DNA of 64,000 nucleotides from the human T2T-CHM13v2.0 reference genome, Homo sapiens. Both the position numbers and the translations under genes were made by a program. The number at the start of each line of letters is the position of its first letter. Position 1 is the first letter of the stretch. The notes beneath the pieces are model-generated. The model saw only the letters and a list, made by a program, of their open reading frames with translations, made no database searches and was not told the origin of the DNA. The stretch lies in assembly GCF_009914755.1 (NCBI RefSeq), contig NC_060936.1, one strand, 5' to 3'. Of the stretch, positions 44,212 through 59,469 are shown in pieces.

Positions 44212-46560
44212 GAAGGACCAAAAATAGGCACAAACTGGAGGAGATATTATACATATTGAACTGGTTTTTCACCTGCAGACATCCACCACCTGCAGAAAAA
44301 GTAGACTTTTTCAACTAAAGAATTAGAGGCTTGAGTACAGGGCTGCCAGAGCAACTGGAAATTGAAGTGGGTTGTTGGGGGATCCCAGGAGGTTAGGAGT
44401 AATAGAACAGGGAGGTCCCAGAATTATGTACAAAATCTTCTCAAAACCTTGGCTGACTCTTTAACCACAAATGTACAGGGCAAGACTCCAAAGAGCATAG
44501 CAGAAAACATCAGCTGGAAGGCTGAGCAGGGATTTCAGCAGCTGCCTAGTACTGGAGAGATACAGTTTGAAGTTAAAATCTCACCAAATTAGTGGGGCTT
44601 GATAAACATGTCTTGAATTCCATCAGTATGCCAGAAGCATCATGCCCTAGATATAAGGATCATATCCCAAAACTCAGAGTTGTATCCTAGGAGTAAGAGC
44701 AAAAATAAAATATAACTAGCTTAACAAAGCCTAGAAACAAGCCTACACAGGATTAAGGTTATCCACAAGAAATTTACCTGCCTACTAGAACAAAACCAAA
44801 TACTCATCTGATGAAAATGACAGAATTTAGAGTTTCTACATTGTCCAGCATACAATAAAAATTACCAGACATGCAAAGAAGCAGAAATATATGACAATAA
44901 TAAAAAGAGAGAAACTCCAGAAAATAAAAGGATACCCACAAACAAAGCAGGTATTGGAATTAGCATATAAGGACTTTAAAATTACTATTGTAAATATGTT
45001 ACAGAATTTACAGGAAACAATAGGTGTAATTTGTGGAGACATGAGGATTTCAGGAAAGAGATGAAAATGCTGAAAAAGAACCAAATGGAAATCAGAACTA
45101 AAAAAATGCAATCTCAGAACTGAAAAATACAATACCTGAAATGAAAAATACAATACCTGAAAAAATGATGGATGGGATCAACATCAGTTTGAAAACAACA
45201 GAAGGAAAGATCAGAGAACTTGAAGAAAAGCCAACAAAAATCACCAACTAAAGGAGAAGAATATTTGAAAAGAAATTAACAGAGCCTTCCTTACCAATAG
45301 GGAAATAATAAGCAATCTAACATCTGTGTTATTCAGGAGAAAAGAGAATTAATGAGGCAAAAAATATTTAAGGAGACTTGGCTGAAAATTTTCCAAATTT
45401 GGAGAATATTGTCAGTTTATGAATCTAAGAAGCCCAGTATACCTCAAACAGAAAAAGATAGAAATTCATATCTAGGCACATAATTGACAAATGGCTGAAA
45501 ACCAAGGATAAAGAAAAAAAAATCTTTAAAACAGCCCAATAAAAGACACATTTAATACGTGGAAATAAATATAAGAGTCACTGAAAATGATTCATCAGAA
45601 ATAAGGAATGATTTAGAGGTGGGAGCAGGACTTCCCAGGCCCTCTCCCAAGCAAAACAGAAATTTAACTGGTGAAAAGTATTTTTTAAAAAATCATTCCA
45701 AGTCTCTGGAAATTGTCCTAAAGACATACGACATAACAACACATGGAGAAGTATTTATTCAAGAAAATCTGCTAAATATTGGTAAGAACACTGACAGTCT
45801 GTGGCACTTGAACCATGACTTGCTCATTCCATGTCCTCACCTCTCCTCAGGTCTGTGTTATGGAAGCTCTACCCTGAGAATGTGCAACTAAGAAAATGAG
45901 GACGGGACCTTCCTCTCCCTTAAGTTCCCAGTCTGGGGCTACAGTTTTACCCTCAGAAGGGCAGGCTACTGACATTTTTTTGTCCATCCCAGCCCCGTGT
46001 TGCAGGAGCTCTATTCCTGGTAGACATGGCCAAGAGGAACAGGTCTTGCTTCCACCACCATGCACCGCCACCAGTAGGGTGGAAGCTCTGCCCCAACTGC
46101 AGCAGCCAAGAGTACTGGGGCTCCAAACACCTACACCCCAGCCAACTCATAGGGTGGAGGTTTCAGGCTGAGATGGGCAAGCCAAGAAGACCAGGGACTG
46201 CTACTCCTCCTCAAAGCCCGTTATAGAGTGGGGATGTCACCCCGGGAAAAGCAGGTCCTAACCCCAAACTCCTTTTGAGTGGCATGGGGGTTCTTCCCAG
46301 AGAGAAAGGCAGGCCATAGGATCAACCCCACATATCTGCCTCAGGGGGCTGATTATTTGGAAGAGAAAATGGAGAACACCATGTCTAAAGCTATTGTGAA
46401 ATGGAGATGATAGTGGACAACAATTAAAAGGAGTCTGGTAACTGTGACATAAGCAAAATGGGAGCACAGAAGTTTTCAAACAGATGAAAAGACAAGACCC
46501 AACTACATGCCATATACAACAGATACACTATAAATGTAAAAGCAAACAAGTCAGAAATTC
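44080..46560 (+). mobile_element. Old L1M 5'UTR/ORF1 fragments, with a second L1 5'UTR segment at ~45620-46480
   Basis: ORF1 motifs (LELAYKDFKITIVNML; ggctgaaaattttccaaattt; tctaggcacataattgacaaa) and an EN-like aagacccaactacatgc. Confidence 0.75.
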
Positions 46561-46809
46561 AGAATTTTTAATGGGATGTATCTGTATACCTCTCTTTGAG
46601 TATTCTTGCTTGGCACATAGTGGGCCCAGAATTATTGGGTTTTAAATTTTAACCTAACGACTTAATATTTATTTATTTACTTAGGCTAGTCAAATGATAT
46701 AGTGGGTGTTTCTCTACTAATGACTCCCTGTCATCTTATCCATGCTCTCCTATAATTTTTAAAATAAATGTGAATCTTTGTTTATCTTGCCTCACATTAA
46801 ATGGAAACA

Positions 46810-49800
46810 TTTTTTTAAAAATTTTGTGGGTACATAGTAGGTATAGGTATATAGGTAGGTAATGGGGTATTCATCCCCTCAAGCCTTTATCTTTTGAGTT
46901 ACAAACAATCTGATTATTCTTTAAGTTATTTAAAAATATACAATTAAGTTATTATTGACTATAGTCACCCTGTTTTGCTATCAAATAGTAGGTCTTATTC
47001 ATTCTTTCTAACTGTTATTTTTGTGTCCATTAACTATCCTTCACCTCTCCCGCAGCTCCCCACGACCTTCCCAGCCTCTGGTTACCATCCTTCTACTCTC
47101 TATGTCCAGGAGTTTAATTGTTTTGATTTTTAGAACCCACAAATAAGTGAGAACATGCAATGTTTGTCTTCCTGTGTCTGGCTTATTTCACTTCATAATG
47201 ATATCTGGTTCCATCCATGTTGCAAATGATTGGATTTGCATTACTTTTCATTGCTGAATAGTACTCCATTATGTATATGTACCACATTTTCTTTATCCAT
47301 TCATCTGTTGATGGACACTTAAGTTGCTTAGAAATCTTAGCTATTGTAGACAGTGCTGCAACAAACATAGGAGTGCAGATATCTCTTTGATGTATGGATT
47401 TTCTTTCTTTTGGGTATATACCTAGCAGTGGGATTGATGGATCATATGGTAGCTCAATTTTTAGCTTTTGAGGAACCTCCAAACTATTCTCCATAGTGGT
47501 TGTACTAATTCACATCCCCACCAACAGTGTATGAGTGTTCCCTTTTCTCTACATACTGGCCAACATCTGTTATTGCTTGTCTTTTGGATATAAGCCATTT
47601 TAACTGGGATGAGATGATATCTCATTGTAGTTTAAATTTGTATTTCTCTGATGATCAATAATGTTGAGCACCTTTTCATATGCCTGTTTGCCATTTGTAC
47701 GTTTTCTGTTGAGAAATGTCTATTCAAGTCTTTTGCCCATTTTTTGAATGAATTATTAGATTTTTCCTATAGAGTTGGAATCCTTATATATTCTTATTAA
47801 TCCCTTGTCAGATGGGTAGTTTGCAAATATTTTCTCCCATTCTCTGGGTTGTCTCTTCACGTTGTTAGCTGTCTCATTTGCTGTGCAGAAGCTCTTTAAC
47901 TTGATGTGGTATCATTTGTACCTGTTTACTTTGGTTGCCTTTGCTTGTGGGGTATTGCTCAATAAATTTTTGCCCAGGCCAATGTTCTGGAGATTTTCGC
48001 CAATGTTTTCTTGTAGTAGAAAACATAGTTCAAGGTCTTAGATTTAAGTCTTGAATCCATTTTTATTTGATTTTTGTATCTGGTGAGAGATAGGGGTCTA
48101 GTTTCACTCTTCTTCATATGGATATCCAGTTTTCCTAACACCATTTGTTGAAGAGACTATCTTTTCCCCAGTGTATATTCTTGGCACCTTTGTCAAAAAG
48201 TGTTTTCATCCTAGGTGTGTGTATTTGTTTCTGAGTTCTCTATTCTGTTCCATTGGTCTATGTGTCTGTTTTTGTGCTGGTACCATACTGTTTTGGTTAC
48301 TATAGCTTTATAGTATAATTTGAAGTCAGATGATGTGATTCCTCCAGTTTTGTTCTTTTTGCTTAGGATATCTTTGACTATTCTGGCTCTGTTTGTAGTT
48401 CTATATAAATTTTAGGATTTTTTTTCTATTTCTGTGAAGAATATCATTGGTATTTTGATAGAGTTTGCATCGAATCTGTAGATTGCTTTGGGTAGTATGA
48501 ATATTTTAACAATATTGATTTTTCCAATCTATGAACATAGAATATTTTTCTCTTTTTTTGGTGTCCTCTTCAATTTCTTTCATCAGTGTTTTATAGTTTT
48601 CATTATAAACATCTTTTGCTTCTTTGGCTAAGTTAATTTCTGGGTGTTTAATTTTATGTGTGGATACTGTAAATGGGATTACTTTTTTCATTTCTTCTTC
48701 AGATTGCTAACTGTTGGCATATAGAAACACTACTGTTTTTGTATGTTGATTTTGTATCCTGTAACTTTACTGAATTTGTTTATCAGTTCTAATAGTTTCT
48801 TTGTGGAGTCTTTAGGTTTTTCCAAATACAAGATCCTGTTATCTGCAAACAAGGATAATCTGACTTCTTCCTTTCCAGTTTGGATGACCTTTATATCTTC
48901 CTCTTGTCTTATTGCTGTAGCTAGGACTCCCAGTACTATGTTTAATAACAGTGGTGAAAGTGGGCACATCCTTGTCCTGTTCTAGAGCTTACAGGAAAGG
49001 CTTTAAGTTTTTCCACATTCAGTATTATACTATCTGTGGGTGTTTCATATCTGACTTTTATTATATTGAAGTATATTTCTTCTTTCCCCAGTTTTTTGAG
49101 GGTTTTTAATCATGAAGAGATGTTCAATTTTATTATATGCTTTTTCAGCATCAATTGAAATGATCATATAGTTTTTACCTTTCATTCTGTGGATATGATA
49201 TATCACATTGATTAATTTGTATATGTTGAACCATCCTTGCATCCCAGGGATAAATCCCATTTGATCGTGATGAATGATCTTTCTAATGTATTGTTGAATT
49301 CGATTTGTTCGTGTTTTGTTGAGGATTTTTGCATAAATATCCATCAGAGATATTGGCCTGTAGTTTTTTGTTTTTCGTTGTGTGTGTGTTTGTGTGTGCG
49401 TGTGTGTCTGTGTGTGTGTCTTTGGTTTTGGTATCAAGGTAATACTGGCCTTGTAGAATGAGTTTGGAAGTAGTCCCTCCTCCTCTATTTTTCAGAATAG
49501 TTTGAGTAGGATTAGTATTAGTTCTTCTTTAAATGTTTGGTAGAATTCAGCAGTGAAGCCATTAGGTCCTGGGCTTTTCTTTACTGGGAGACTTGTTATT
49601 ATGGATTCTATTTCATTACTTGTTATTGGTCTGTTAAAGTTTTGGGTTTCTTCCTGATTGAATTTTGGTAGGTTGTATTTTTCTAGGAATTTGTCCATTT
49701 CTTATAGATTTTCCAATTTATTGGCATTTGGTGCTTATAGTAGCCACTAATGGTCCTTTGAAATTCTGTTGTATCAGTTGTCATGTCTCCTTTTTCAATT

Positions 49801-52800
49801 CTGATTTTATTTGCATCTTTTCTCTTTTTTTCTTAGTCTGGCTAAAGTTTTGTCAATTTTGTTTAACTTTTTTAAACATCAACTTTTTGTTTCATTGATT
49901 TTTGTATTTTTTTATTTCAGTTTCATTTATTTCTGTTCTGATCTTTATTATTTCTTTTCTTCTACCAATTTTGGGTTTGGTTTGCTCTTGCTTTTCTAGT
50001 TCTTTAAGATGCGTTGTTAGATTGCTTATTTGAAGTTTTCCCTCTTTTTTGATGTAAGCACTTATAGCTGTAAGTTTCCCTCTTAGTACTAATTTTGCTG
50101 CATCCCATAGGTTTTGGTACCATTTCTTTCAAGAAATTTTTTTAACTTCCTTTTTAATTTCTTCATTGACCCACTGGTAATTCAGAAGCATATTGTTTAA
50201 TTTCTATGTATTTGTAAAGTTTCCAAAATTCCTCTTGTTATTGATTTCTAGTTTTATTCCATTGTGATGAGAGAAGATGCTTGTCATTATTTCAATTTTT
50301 TTGAATGTTGTAAGACTTGTTTTGTGACCTAACATATGGCCTATCCTTCAGAATGATCAATGTGCTGAGGAAAAAAAACGTGTATTCTGTAGCCATTGGA
50401 TGAAACGTTCTGTAAATATTTACTAGATCCATTTGATCTACAGTGCAGATTAAGTCTGATATTTCTTTGTTGATTTTCTGTCTGGAAGATCTGTCCAATG
50501 CTGAAAGTGGAGTGTTGAAGTCTCCAGCTGTTATTGTGTTATGATCTATCTCTCCCTTCAGCTCTAATATTTGTTTTATATATCTGGATGCTTCAGTGTT
50601 GAGTCCATATATATTTAAAATTGTTATATCCTCTTGCTGAATTGACCCCTTTAACATTATTTAGTGACTTTCTTTGTTTCTTCTTATAATTTTGGGCTTG
50701 AAAGCTATTTTGTCTGATGGCACTATAGCAACTCCTGCTGATTTTTGTTTTTTTTCCATCCTTTTATTTTCAGTCTATGTGTGTCTTTAGAGGTGAAGTG
50801 TGTTTCTTGTAGGCAACATATTAATGGGTCTTGTTTTTTCATCCATTCATCCAGTCTATGTCTTTTGATTGGGGAGTTTAGTCTATTTACATTCAATGTT
50901 ATTATTGATAAATAAAGACTTACTTCTTCCACTTTGTTATTTGTTTTCTGGTTGTTTTGTGGTCTTCTCTTTCGTCTTTCTTTCCTTCCTGTCTTCCTTT
51001 AGTGAAGGTGATTTTCTCTGGAGGTAAGATTTGGTTTCTTGCTTTTTATTTTTTGTGTCTCCATTATATGTTTTTTTGGTTTGAGGTTACCACAAAGCTT
51101 GCAGATACTCTCTTATGTCCCATTATTTTAACCTGATACCAACACTGTTTGCATAAACAAACAAACAATCAAAGAGAACACTAATACAAGCTCTACACCT
51201 TAACTTTGTCCCCTTGCTTTTTAACTTTTTGTTGTTCTATTTATATCTTATTGTACTGATGATGTCTTGAAATGCTGTTGTCATTATTATTTTCTATTGG
51301 TTCATCATTTAGTCTTTCTACTCAGGATAAGAGTAGTTTACATATCACAATTACAGTGTTAAAATAGTCTGTGTTTTTCTGCGTACTTACCATTACCAGT
51401 GAGTTTTGTACTTTCAGGTGATTACTTAGTAATGTTCCTTCCTTTCTGATTGATGTATTCCCTTTAGCATTTCTTATAGGACAGGTCTGGTGTTGATGAA
51501 ACCCCTCAGCTTTTATTTGTCTGGGAATGTCTTTATTTCTCTTTCATATTTGAAGGATATTTTTGCCAAATATACTATTCTAGGGTAAAAGTGTATTTTC
51601 TTCTTTCAGCACTTTAAATATGTCATGTCATTCTCTCCTGGTCTATTTCTCTTTTCATTTCCACTGTAAAGTCTTCTGCCAGGCATAGTGGAGCTCCATT
51701 GTATGTTATTTGTTTCTTTTCTCTTGCTGCTTTTAGGATCCATTCTTTATTCTTGACCTTTGTGAGTTTGATTATTAAATGGCCTGAGGTAGTCTTCTTT
51801 AGGTTAAATATGCTTGGTGTTCTATAACCTTCTTGTACTTGAATGTTGATACCTTTCTCTAGGTTTGGGAAGTTCTCTGATATTATTCATTTGAATACAC
51901 TTTCTACCCCTATCTCTTTCTCTACCTCCTATTTAAGGCCAATAACTCTTAGATTTGTCCTTTTGAAGTTATGTTTTAGATCCTATAGGTGTGCTTCATT
52001 GTTATTCATTTTTCTTTTGTCTCTTCTGACTGTATTTTCAAATAGCCTGTCTTCAGCCTCACCAATTCTTTCTTCTGCTTGATCCATTCTGCTATTAAAG
52101 GACTCTGATGCATTCTTTAGTATACCAATTGCATTTTTCAGCTTCAGAATTTTTGCTTGATTCTTCTTAATTATTTCAATCTCATTGTTAAATTTATCTA
52201 ATAGAATTCTGAATTCCTTCCCTGTGTTATCTTGAATTTCTTTGAGTATCCTCAACACAGCTATTTTGAATTTTCTGCCTGAAAGGTCACATATCTCCAT
52301 TTTTCCAGGATTGGTCCCTGATGCCTTATTTATTTCATTTGGTGAGGTCATGTTTCCCTGGGTGGTGTTGATAGATGTTCTTTAGTGTCTGGCCATTGAA
52401 GAGTGAGGTATTTATTGTAGTCCTCACTGTCTGGGCTTATTTGTAGCTGTCCTTCTTGGGAAGGCTTTTCAGATATTTGAAAGAACCTGGGTGTTGTGAT
52501 CTAAGCCATATCTGCTTCACTGGGCACCCCAAGCCCAGTAACACTGTGGTTCTTGTAGACTCATAGAAGTACTGCCTTGATGGCCATGGGACAAGATCTG
52601 GGAGAAGTATCTGGAGAACCAGGCAGAGACTCTTGTTCTCTTCCCGTACTTAACCAAACAAACAGTCTCTCCTTGTTCAGAGCCACCTAAAGCTGGGGTG
52701 TAGCGACACAAGAACCTCTGTGGCTACCACCACTATGACTGCTGTGGATCACACCTGAAGCCAGCACAGCACTGGATTTCACCAAAGGCCTGATGTAACC

Positions 52801-54488
52801 ACTACTGCCTATGTAACCACTACGTGGCTATTGCCCATGTTCACTCAAAGCCCTAGGGCTCTTCGATCACTTGATGCCAAAACCAGCCAGGCCTGTGACC
52901 TTCCCTTCAGGGTGGCAAAGTCCCCCAGACACCAGGTGGGTCCAGAGGTGCTGTACAGGAGTCAGGGAATACAGTCAAAAACCTTAGAAGTCTATCTGGT
53001 ATTCTGTTGTACTGCAGCTGAGCTGGCACTCAAACCACAAGGTGCAGATCAGTGCACAAGATGCAGTCCTTCCTCCTCTTCCTTTCCCCTTCCAAAGGCA
53101 GAGGAGGCTCACTCTGTAGCCACTGCCACTCCAGGCCATAAGGAGTACTGCCAGACTACCACCTATGTTTTCTTAAGGCTCAAGGGCTCTTAAGTCAGCT
53201 TATGGTGAATGCTGCCTGGCCTGGGATTCACTCTTTAGGGCCATGTGCTCCCCTCTGGCCCAGGACAGGTCCAGAAATGCCATCCAAGAGTCAAGTCCTG
53301 GAGTTGAGGGCTCCAAGAGCCTGCTTGGTGCTCTATCCCCCTGTGGCTGTGCTAGTACCTAAGTTGCAAGACAGAGTTCCCTTTGCTTTTCCCTCTGCTT
53401 TTCTCAAGCAGAAGGAGTTTTGTCCCACAGCCACCACAACTGGTAATGTCCTGAGTCTCACCTGAAGCCAGCCAGTCTCAGAGGCCCACCCAAGGCCCCC
53501 AACATATTACCCGAGTGTTGCTACTGGTTATTCAGGGCCCAAGGGCTCTTCAGTTAGTAGGTGATGAATGCTGCCAGGACTGGGTCCTTTCCTTCAAGTA
53601 AGGAAAGTACAGGAGTAAGTATGGGAAGAGAACAAGAGTCTCTGCCTGGTAATCCAGATAATTCTCCCAGATTTTGTCCAAGACCATTAAGGCAATACCT
53701 CTACGAGTCTGCAAGAACCACAGTGTTACTGGGGAGTGGGTCCCTCCTGGCCCAGGGTATGTCTAGAAATGTCATCTGGGAGCAAGGACCTGGAATGAAG
53801 GCCTCAGGACCCTGATTAGTGTCCTTTCCTGCTGTGGCTGAGCTGGTATCCAAGATGCAAGACACAGTACTCCTCACTCTTCCCTTTTCTCTCCTGAATC
53901 AGAAGGAAGGGGTATCTTTTGGAGCCATGAGCTGTGTAGCCTGGGGTAGGGTAGGGGTGATGTCAGCACTCCCTTGGCTGCCCCAACTGGTGTCTCAGTA
54001 GGTCACATGCCCCACCCCCAGTCCACTCTCTTTAGGCCTTGTTCAGCACTAGGATTCATTCAGTCTTCCAGTCCTTATGGCCTAGACTGCCTTTTAAGTT
54101 TATTTAGAAACACAGCGCTATAGCCCATGGTGGTGAGGTTTGTGGGAACTCAAGTTCTGACCACTGGGATTGGCGATTCCCTCTGGCTAGGGCTGGTTTA
54201 AATGCCTCCTCCATGGGTGGGCGTTAGCTGAGTTTGGTCCTGTTTCCCTTTCTGCTCTAACCTGACAGCACACTGGGGAAGGGTGGCATCGGCAATTCAA
54301 GACTGTTTTTTCTATCTCTTCAGTGGCTCTTTCATCGGTATGAAGATAAAACCAGGTACTATGAGGGCTCACCTGATTTTTGGTTCTGATGAAAGTGTTT
54401 TTTTTCTGCGTAGATCGTTGTTAAATTGGTGTCCTTGCTGGGGGGAAGATAGGTGGCACTTTCTATTCTGCCATCTTGCTCTGCCTCC
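46810..54488 (-). mobile_element. Near full-length L1MA-type LINE-1 (~7.7 kb), ORFs disrupted
   Basis: 5' start GGAGGCAGAGCAAGATGGC at 54488; ORF1 fragment 51983-52351; EN (LSIITLNVNRLNSPIKRHRL, GDFNTPLS) 50292-50932; RT ([31 protein letters not shown]) 48506-49698; C-terminus 47183-47494; 3' tail at ~46810. Confidence 0.96.
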
Positions 54489-57312
54489 AAATCTCCCACA
54501 ATTTTTATTAAGCAGATTTTTTTCTTCTGAATCTTCTATATTCTTTATCTTTTTTCCTCATGATTTTTTTCTGTAGCTTTTTGCACTATGTTCAGGGAGA
54601 ATACCTTGATTTGGTCTTCCAAATCACTGTTGTCTTTTTGATTGTATCTGTTCTGTACTTCATTTCTGGTATTGAGTTTCTATAATTTGTTAATCATATT
54701 TTTAGTTTTTAAAGATTTCTTTCTTTTTCTCTGATTGCTACTTTTTCTACAGCTCTTTTTTTATGGATCTAATAAGGATTTTATCTCAGGAAGCTTAATA
54801 AAATTACTTGAATGTTCTCTTTGGCTGCCTGCATTTGCTCTCTCCTCAGAATTTAATTCTCTACTCATTCAGCTTTCAGGCTATAAGGTTGGTTTTAAGG
54901 TCTGGTGATTCTCAGTTATTCCTTTTCGAATATAAATTGATCTGCATTGGTAACTGGTCTCCTTTCCTCACCAATTGTTTAGGTTCCCTTCCAACATCTC
55001 TTGCCACGTCTGCCCCCTAAATGTGGTGACTAACTGTAACACATGTGTTTTACTCCAAGGTTCATGGGCAGGTGGGGGAGGCCAGCAGGTTGCCCTCAAA
55101 TAAACAAGTAGGGAAAGTTACCTTTTAGAGCACCTCAGGGCATTTCACACCTGTCCCAGGTTGTGTCTTTCCTTAATTAACAGTTCAATAATAACTGGAG
55201 CAATGCTCTACTTTTCTCTCTGGCCCTAGTTCTTATTCTAAGGGTCTCCCGCGACTGATCCTTTACTCAGAGAGCCTGGGAGCAAACACAATAACTAGCT
55301 GCTCTATGTGCCACTGGGAGAGGTGGGGCACTGGCCTGGCACTTCGACTATCTTGTCAAGCGTCCTACAATACACTTCTACCCTGTCCTGTTGACCTTGG
55401 GTTGATTTTTCTCTTGAGAAAATTAGCATATTCAGATTTGACAGTAATATCAAACACCTACTCTATGCCAGGAGCTATGCAAGGCAGAAATAATACAGTA
55501 ATGAATACAACAGATGGTGACTTGTCCCAGTGAAGTTTACAGGCTGGAGAATTATTTATCCAGTAGGCCCCTCCTTCACTGTGGTGGACTGTGTGTTTCT
55601 CAGTGCTTTGGTATTCCTGTCAGCCTGCTACCATCCAGAAATTCTTCAGCTCCCCTCAACTGGCATTTTCTAGGTAATGTCTAGGACTTAGTCTTATCTT
55701 ACGGATCACATTTCACTGGGATCTGGAAAGGAGAAAGCATGTTGGCTTAGTGCACCACCTTGAACCAACCCCTTTTTTTTTCTTCAAGTGGAAGAGGAAG
55801 AGCTAGTGGAGTTCAGATGTTCTTTATGAGTCTATAAACAAAAGAAGTCATTTCCACCCCCAAAGGAAGGCTTTGAATACAATTATTCCTACATTGGTTC
55901 TGGCTCTGTAACTGGAGTTTCTATGGAGATTGGCGGGAGAAATCAGAGTCCTAGTCATATTCTAACATCAAGGAGCAAGTCTAGGAATGGGACTGCGCAG
56001 CTCACCGTCTTGCTTTTTCATTTTGCTTCTTCTAACATTTTTCATGATCCCCTAATCCGTGTGACTTTTAAAAATATGGTTTGGAAGTGCCACTTTTGAA
56101 GCATGTGAATAGAAGAGCATCTCATCCCCTCACTCTCCCCGGTACATCCCAACCCCTACCATGCTTCGAAAGAAGGACTGTCTCTACAAATTTTGCTTCA
56201 CTCCCTGATGTCTGGAGATCAGTCAGATAGGTGGATTTCTTCAGGTCTTCTTTGGAACCCAAAAGATCTCTTTCTGCCTTTCGGTTGCTCCCAAGCTTTG
56301 GCAGAAAACTCTATTTTCAGAATCGGTACTTTTTCTAGTTGACCTTTGTTGATAAGTTCCTTCCTCACTCTGGTTTCAGTAGATTTGTTTTTGTTAGAAC
56401 CAAACTGAGTGAAAGGCTTTCCTTCTCAGAAATAAGAACAAACACCTCACTAGGCAGCTTGTTTAGCCACCCTTAGGCAAACACCAAATTGAGCATTTAG
56501 CAATTCCTTTTTTGAAGCTGGAGGGAAGGGTCCAAGAAAGCCAACTCCCAGTTCCAAGAAAGTGCAGACACTATTTGTGTACTTTTCTTCAGATGGTTGT
56601 CATTTTTAACCAAGTAGCTACACTGTCAACCTCTGATATCTCTGTGACAACATCTATGTGACAAAGTCAATCAAACCACCCTTGGCCTACCTACCCCAAA
56701 GCAACAAAGATCTTATCTTCTGATGAGGATTAAGAAAGACTGAGTCCTCCCAGAAAGGAAGAAGTTAAAAAAGGTTCAGGCAGCACTTTGTTTGTTTGTT
56801 TGTTTGTTTGGCAGCAGCAGTATTTTGTGGCTGGTTTCTTTTACCACACAAAAAAAGACTGTGGCTAATAGATATGTCACAGCTTTTTAGAAACACGTCA
56901 ATTTTTTTTGTGTTCTGCAGCTCTCAAAAAAAAAGTGTGTGGGGGGGGTGGGGATCAATCCTTTGCAGCTTCCAAGAAAATGGTTTTTCTTTTCTTCTTT
57001 TTGTTTGTCACACATCTAAATCCTAGAATCATTTAGAAAGAGGGAGGGATGAACGTTTTCAAAAGAATTGGCTCCCTCACTCCACATATGCAGTTACAAG
57101 CATGTGCAGAAGAGAAGGTACTGTTGGTATTACTGGGTCACAATTTGGACTTTTGATTTAAGTAAAGAAGACTTGTACTATATAGTCAACATTTATTATA
57201 TAAAGTTGCCCCTGAGACTAATCTTCAGAAACTAGATAAATAGAACTGTGTGCTCTGATAAAGTGTCTCCCTTGGAGATTATCTCACGAGGATATGAAAA
57301 CATTATACCCTA

Positions 57313-57979
<667 letters not shown>

Positions 57980-59025
57980 CTATCCCCCCACCCCCGTGTG
58001 TGTGTGTCTTAAACACTCATACATAGCTAAATTTGTATATAAAAGATTTGTATGGAGGGCCTTGTTTTTGAGATACATCATGAATATAATGTCTATTTAT
58101 ACCTCTTTCTTCTTGGCTGGGTAACTCTCACTTTTCTTCTTAATCACCCTTAAAATAAATGTGGCCTCTTTCTGATTTAACGTTTTTGAACTTTTCAATA
58201 CCTATACATAAATCAGTGGATCGACTTCTGAAGACAGCGTTGTCTTCAAGGGAAGGAGAGGAAATGCACACAAAGAGGGAAGCAGGTTTCCTGGAGCCTT
58301 TGGCTCAATGTTAGGTCCAGCTTGAGATTCCAGAGTTAGGAGCCACTAAAGATGGAACTGGCCTTTGTGGTTTCCTTTCCATTCTCTTCCTTTCCTTTCC
58401 ATTTCCTTTCCATTCTGTGATTCTTAAGGGTACCCTCAGTCTTTGGAATTAACATCTGACTGTCTCAGGGGATTGCGTAATTGAGTAAAAACAGACCCAA
58501 AGTGGCAACACGAAGAGACTTGGAATTAATATATCTTTGGGGCCAAAATATTCAGCATAATTAAGCATAATTTGATTAATGTGGGATATAATTTAATTAG
58601 GCATATGGACAAAGGAGGGAGAAAATGTTCTCCACTGTGAAGACGAGATCACTCTATCATACATGCTGGAACTAAAATTAGAGGGCAGGTTTGAAGATAA
58701 TACAAAAACCCATATTTAAGTCCAAGAGGTTTCTTAGACTTCTCTTTTATTTCCACATGTGGACTTATTCAGCAACCTGTAGTGTCTATAAAATTTAATG
58801 TAAACTGCTACATTTGGCTTTCTACCAAAAGAAATTCAAACCCTACACTTTTGACATTTAAAATATGAAGTATTACTATAAGCTAAATATAAAACTAAAT
58901 CTCCTTCTTTCTTTTACTGAATAATTATTTACTGAGATAGTAATATGAGTCAGGTACCACATAAGACATTAAGAATTTAAAGACAAGTAAGAAATAGTCC
59001 ATCTCAGACCTCAAGGACTGAGAAA

Positions 59026-59354
59026 GGCTGAGCATGTTGGGTCCTATAATTACTCCTGTAATCCCAGCACTTTAGAAGGCCAAGGTGGGAGGATCACTTG
59101 AGGCCAGGGGTTTGACATTAGCCTGGGCAATATAGCAAGATCCCATCTCTAAAACAAAAACAAAACAAAAAAAACACCACATTAGACTGGCATGGTGGCA
59201 CATGCCTGTAGTCCTAGCTACTTGGAAGGCTGAGGCTGGAGGATCTGTTAAGCCCAGAAGTCCTAGGCTGCAGTGAGCGAGGATCCTACCACAGTACTTC
59301 AGCCTGGGTGACAGGGTGAGACCTTGTCTCTAAAACAATAAAATAAAATAAAAA
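59026..59354 (+). mobile_element. Alu (AluJ-like)
   Basis: ggtgggaggatcacttgaggccagg...agaccttgtctctaaaacaataaaataaa. Confidence 0.92.
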
Positions 59355-59469
59355 GGAGCAAGGGAATGTCAAGCAATGATTCATATAAAGACAATGAAGG
59401 GTACGTTCTGAGAATGGAATCCCAGAGGCCTCTCCAGGAGGCTTCTCAGGATGTGGCAAGAGGGTGATC

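Noticed and set aside
46810-54488. Endonuclease and reverse-transcriptase-like ORFs as an active or novel RT system
   Set aside because: Fragments of a dead L1MA with many stops, frameshifts and deletions; the YADD/FADD motif reads FADN.
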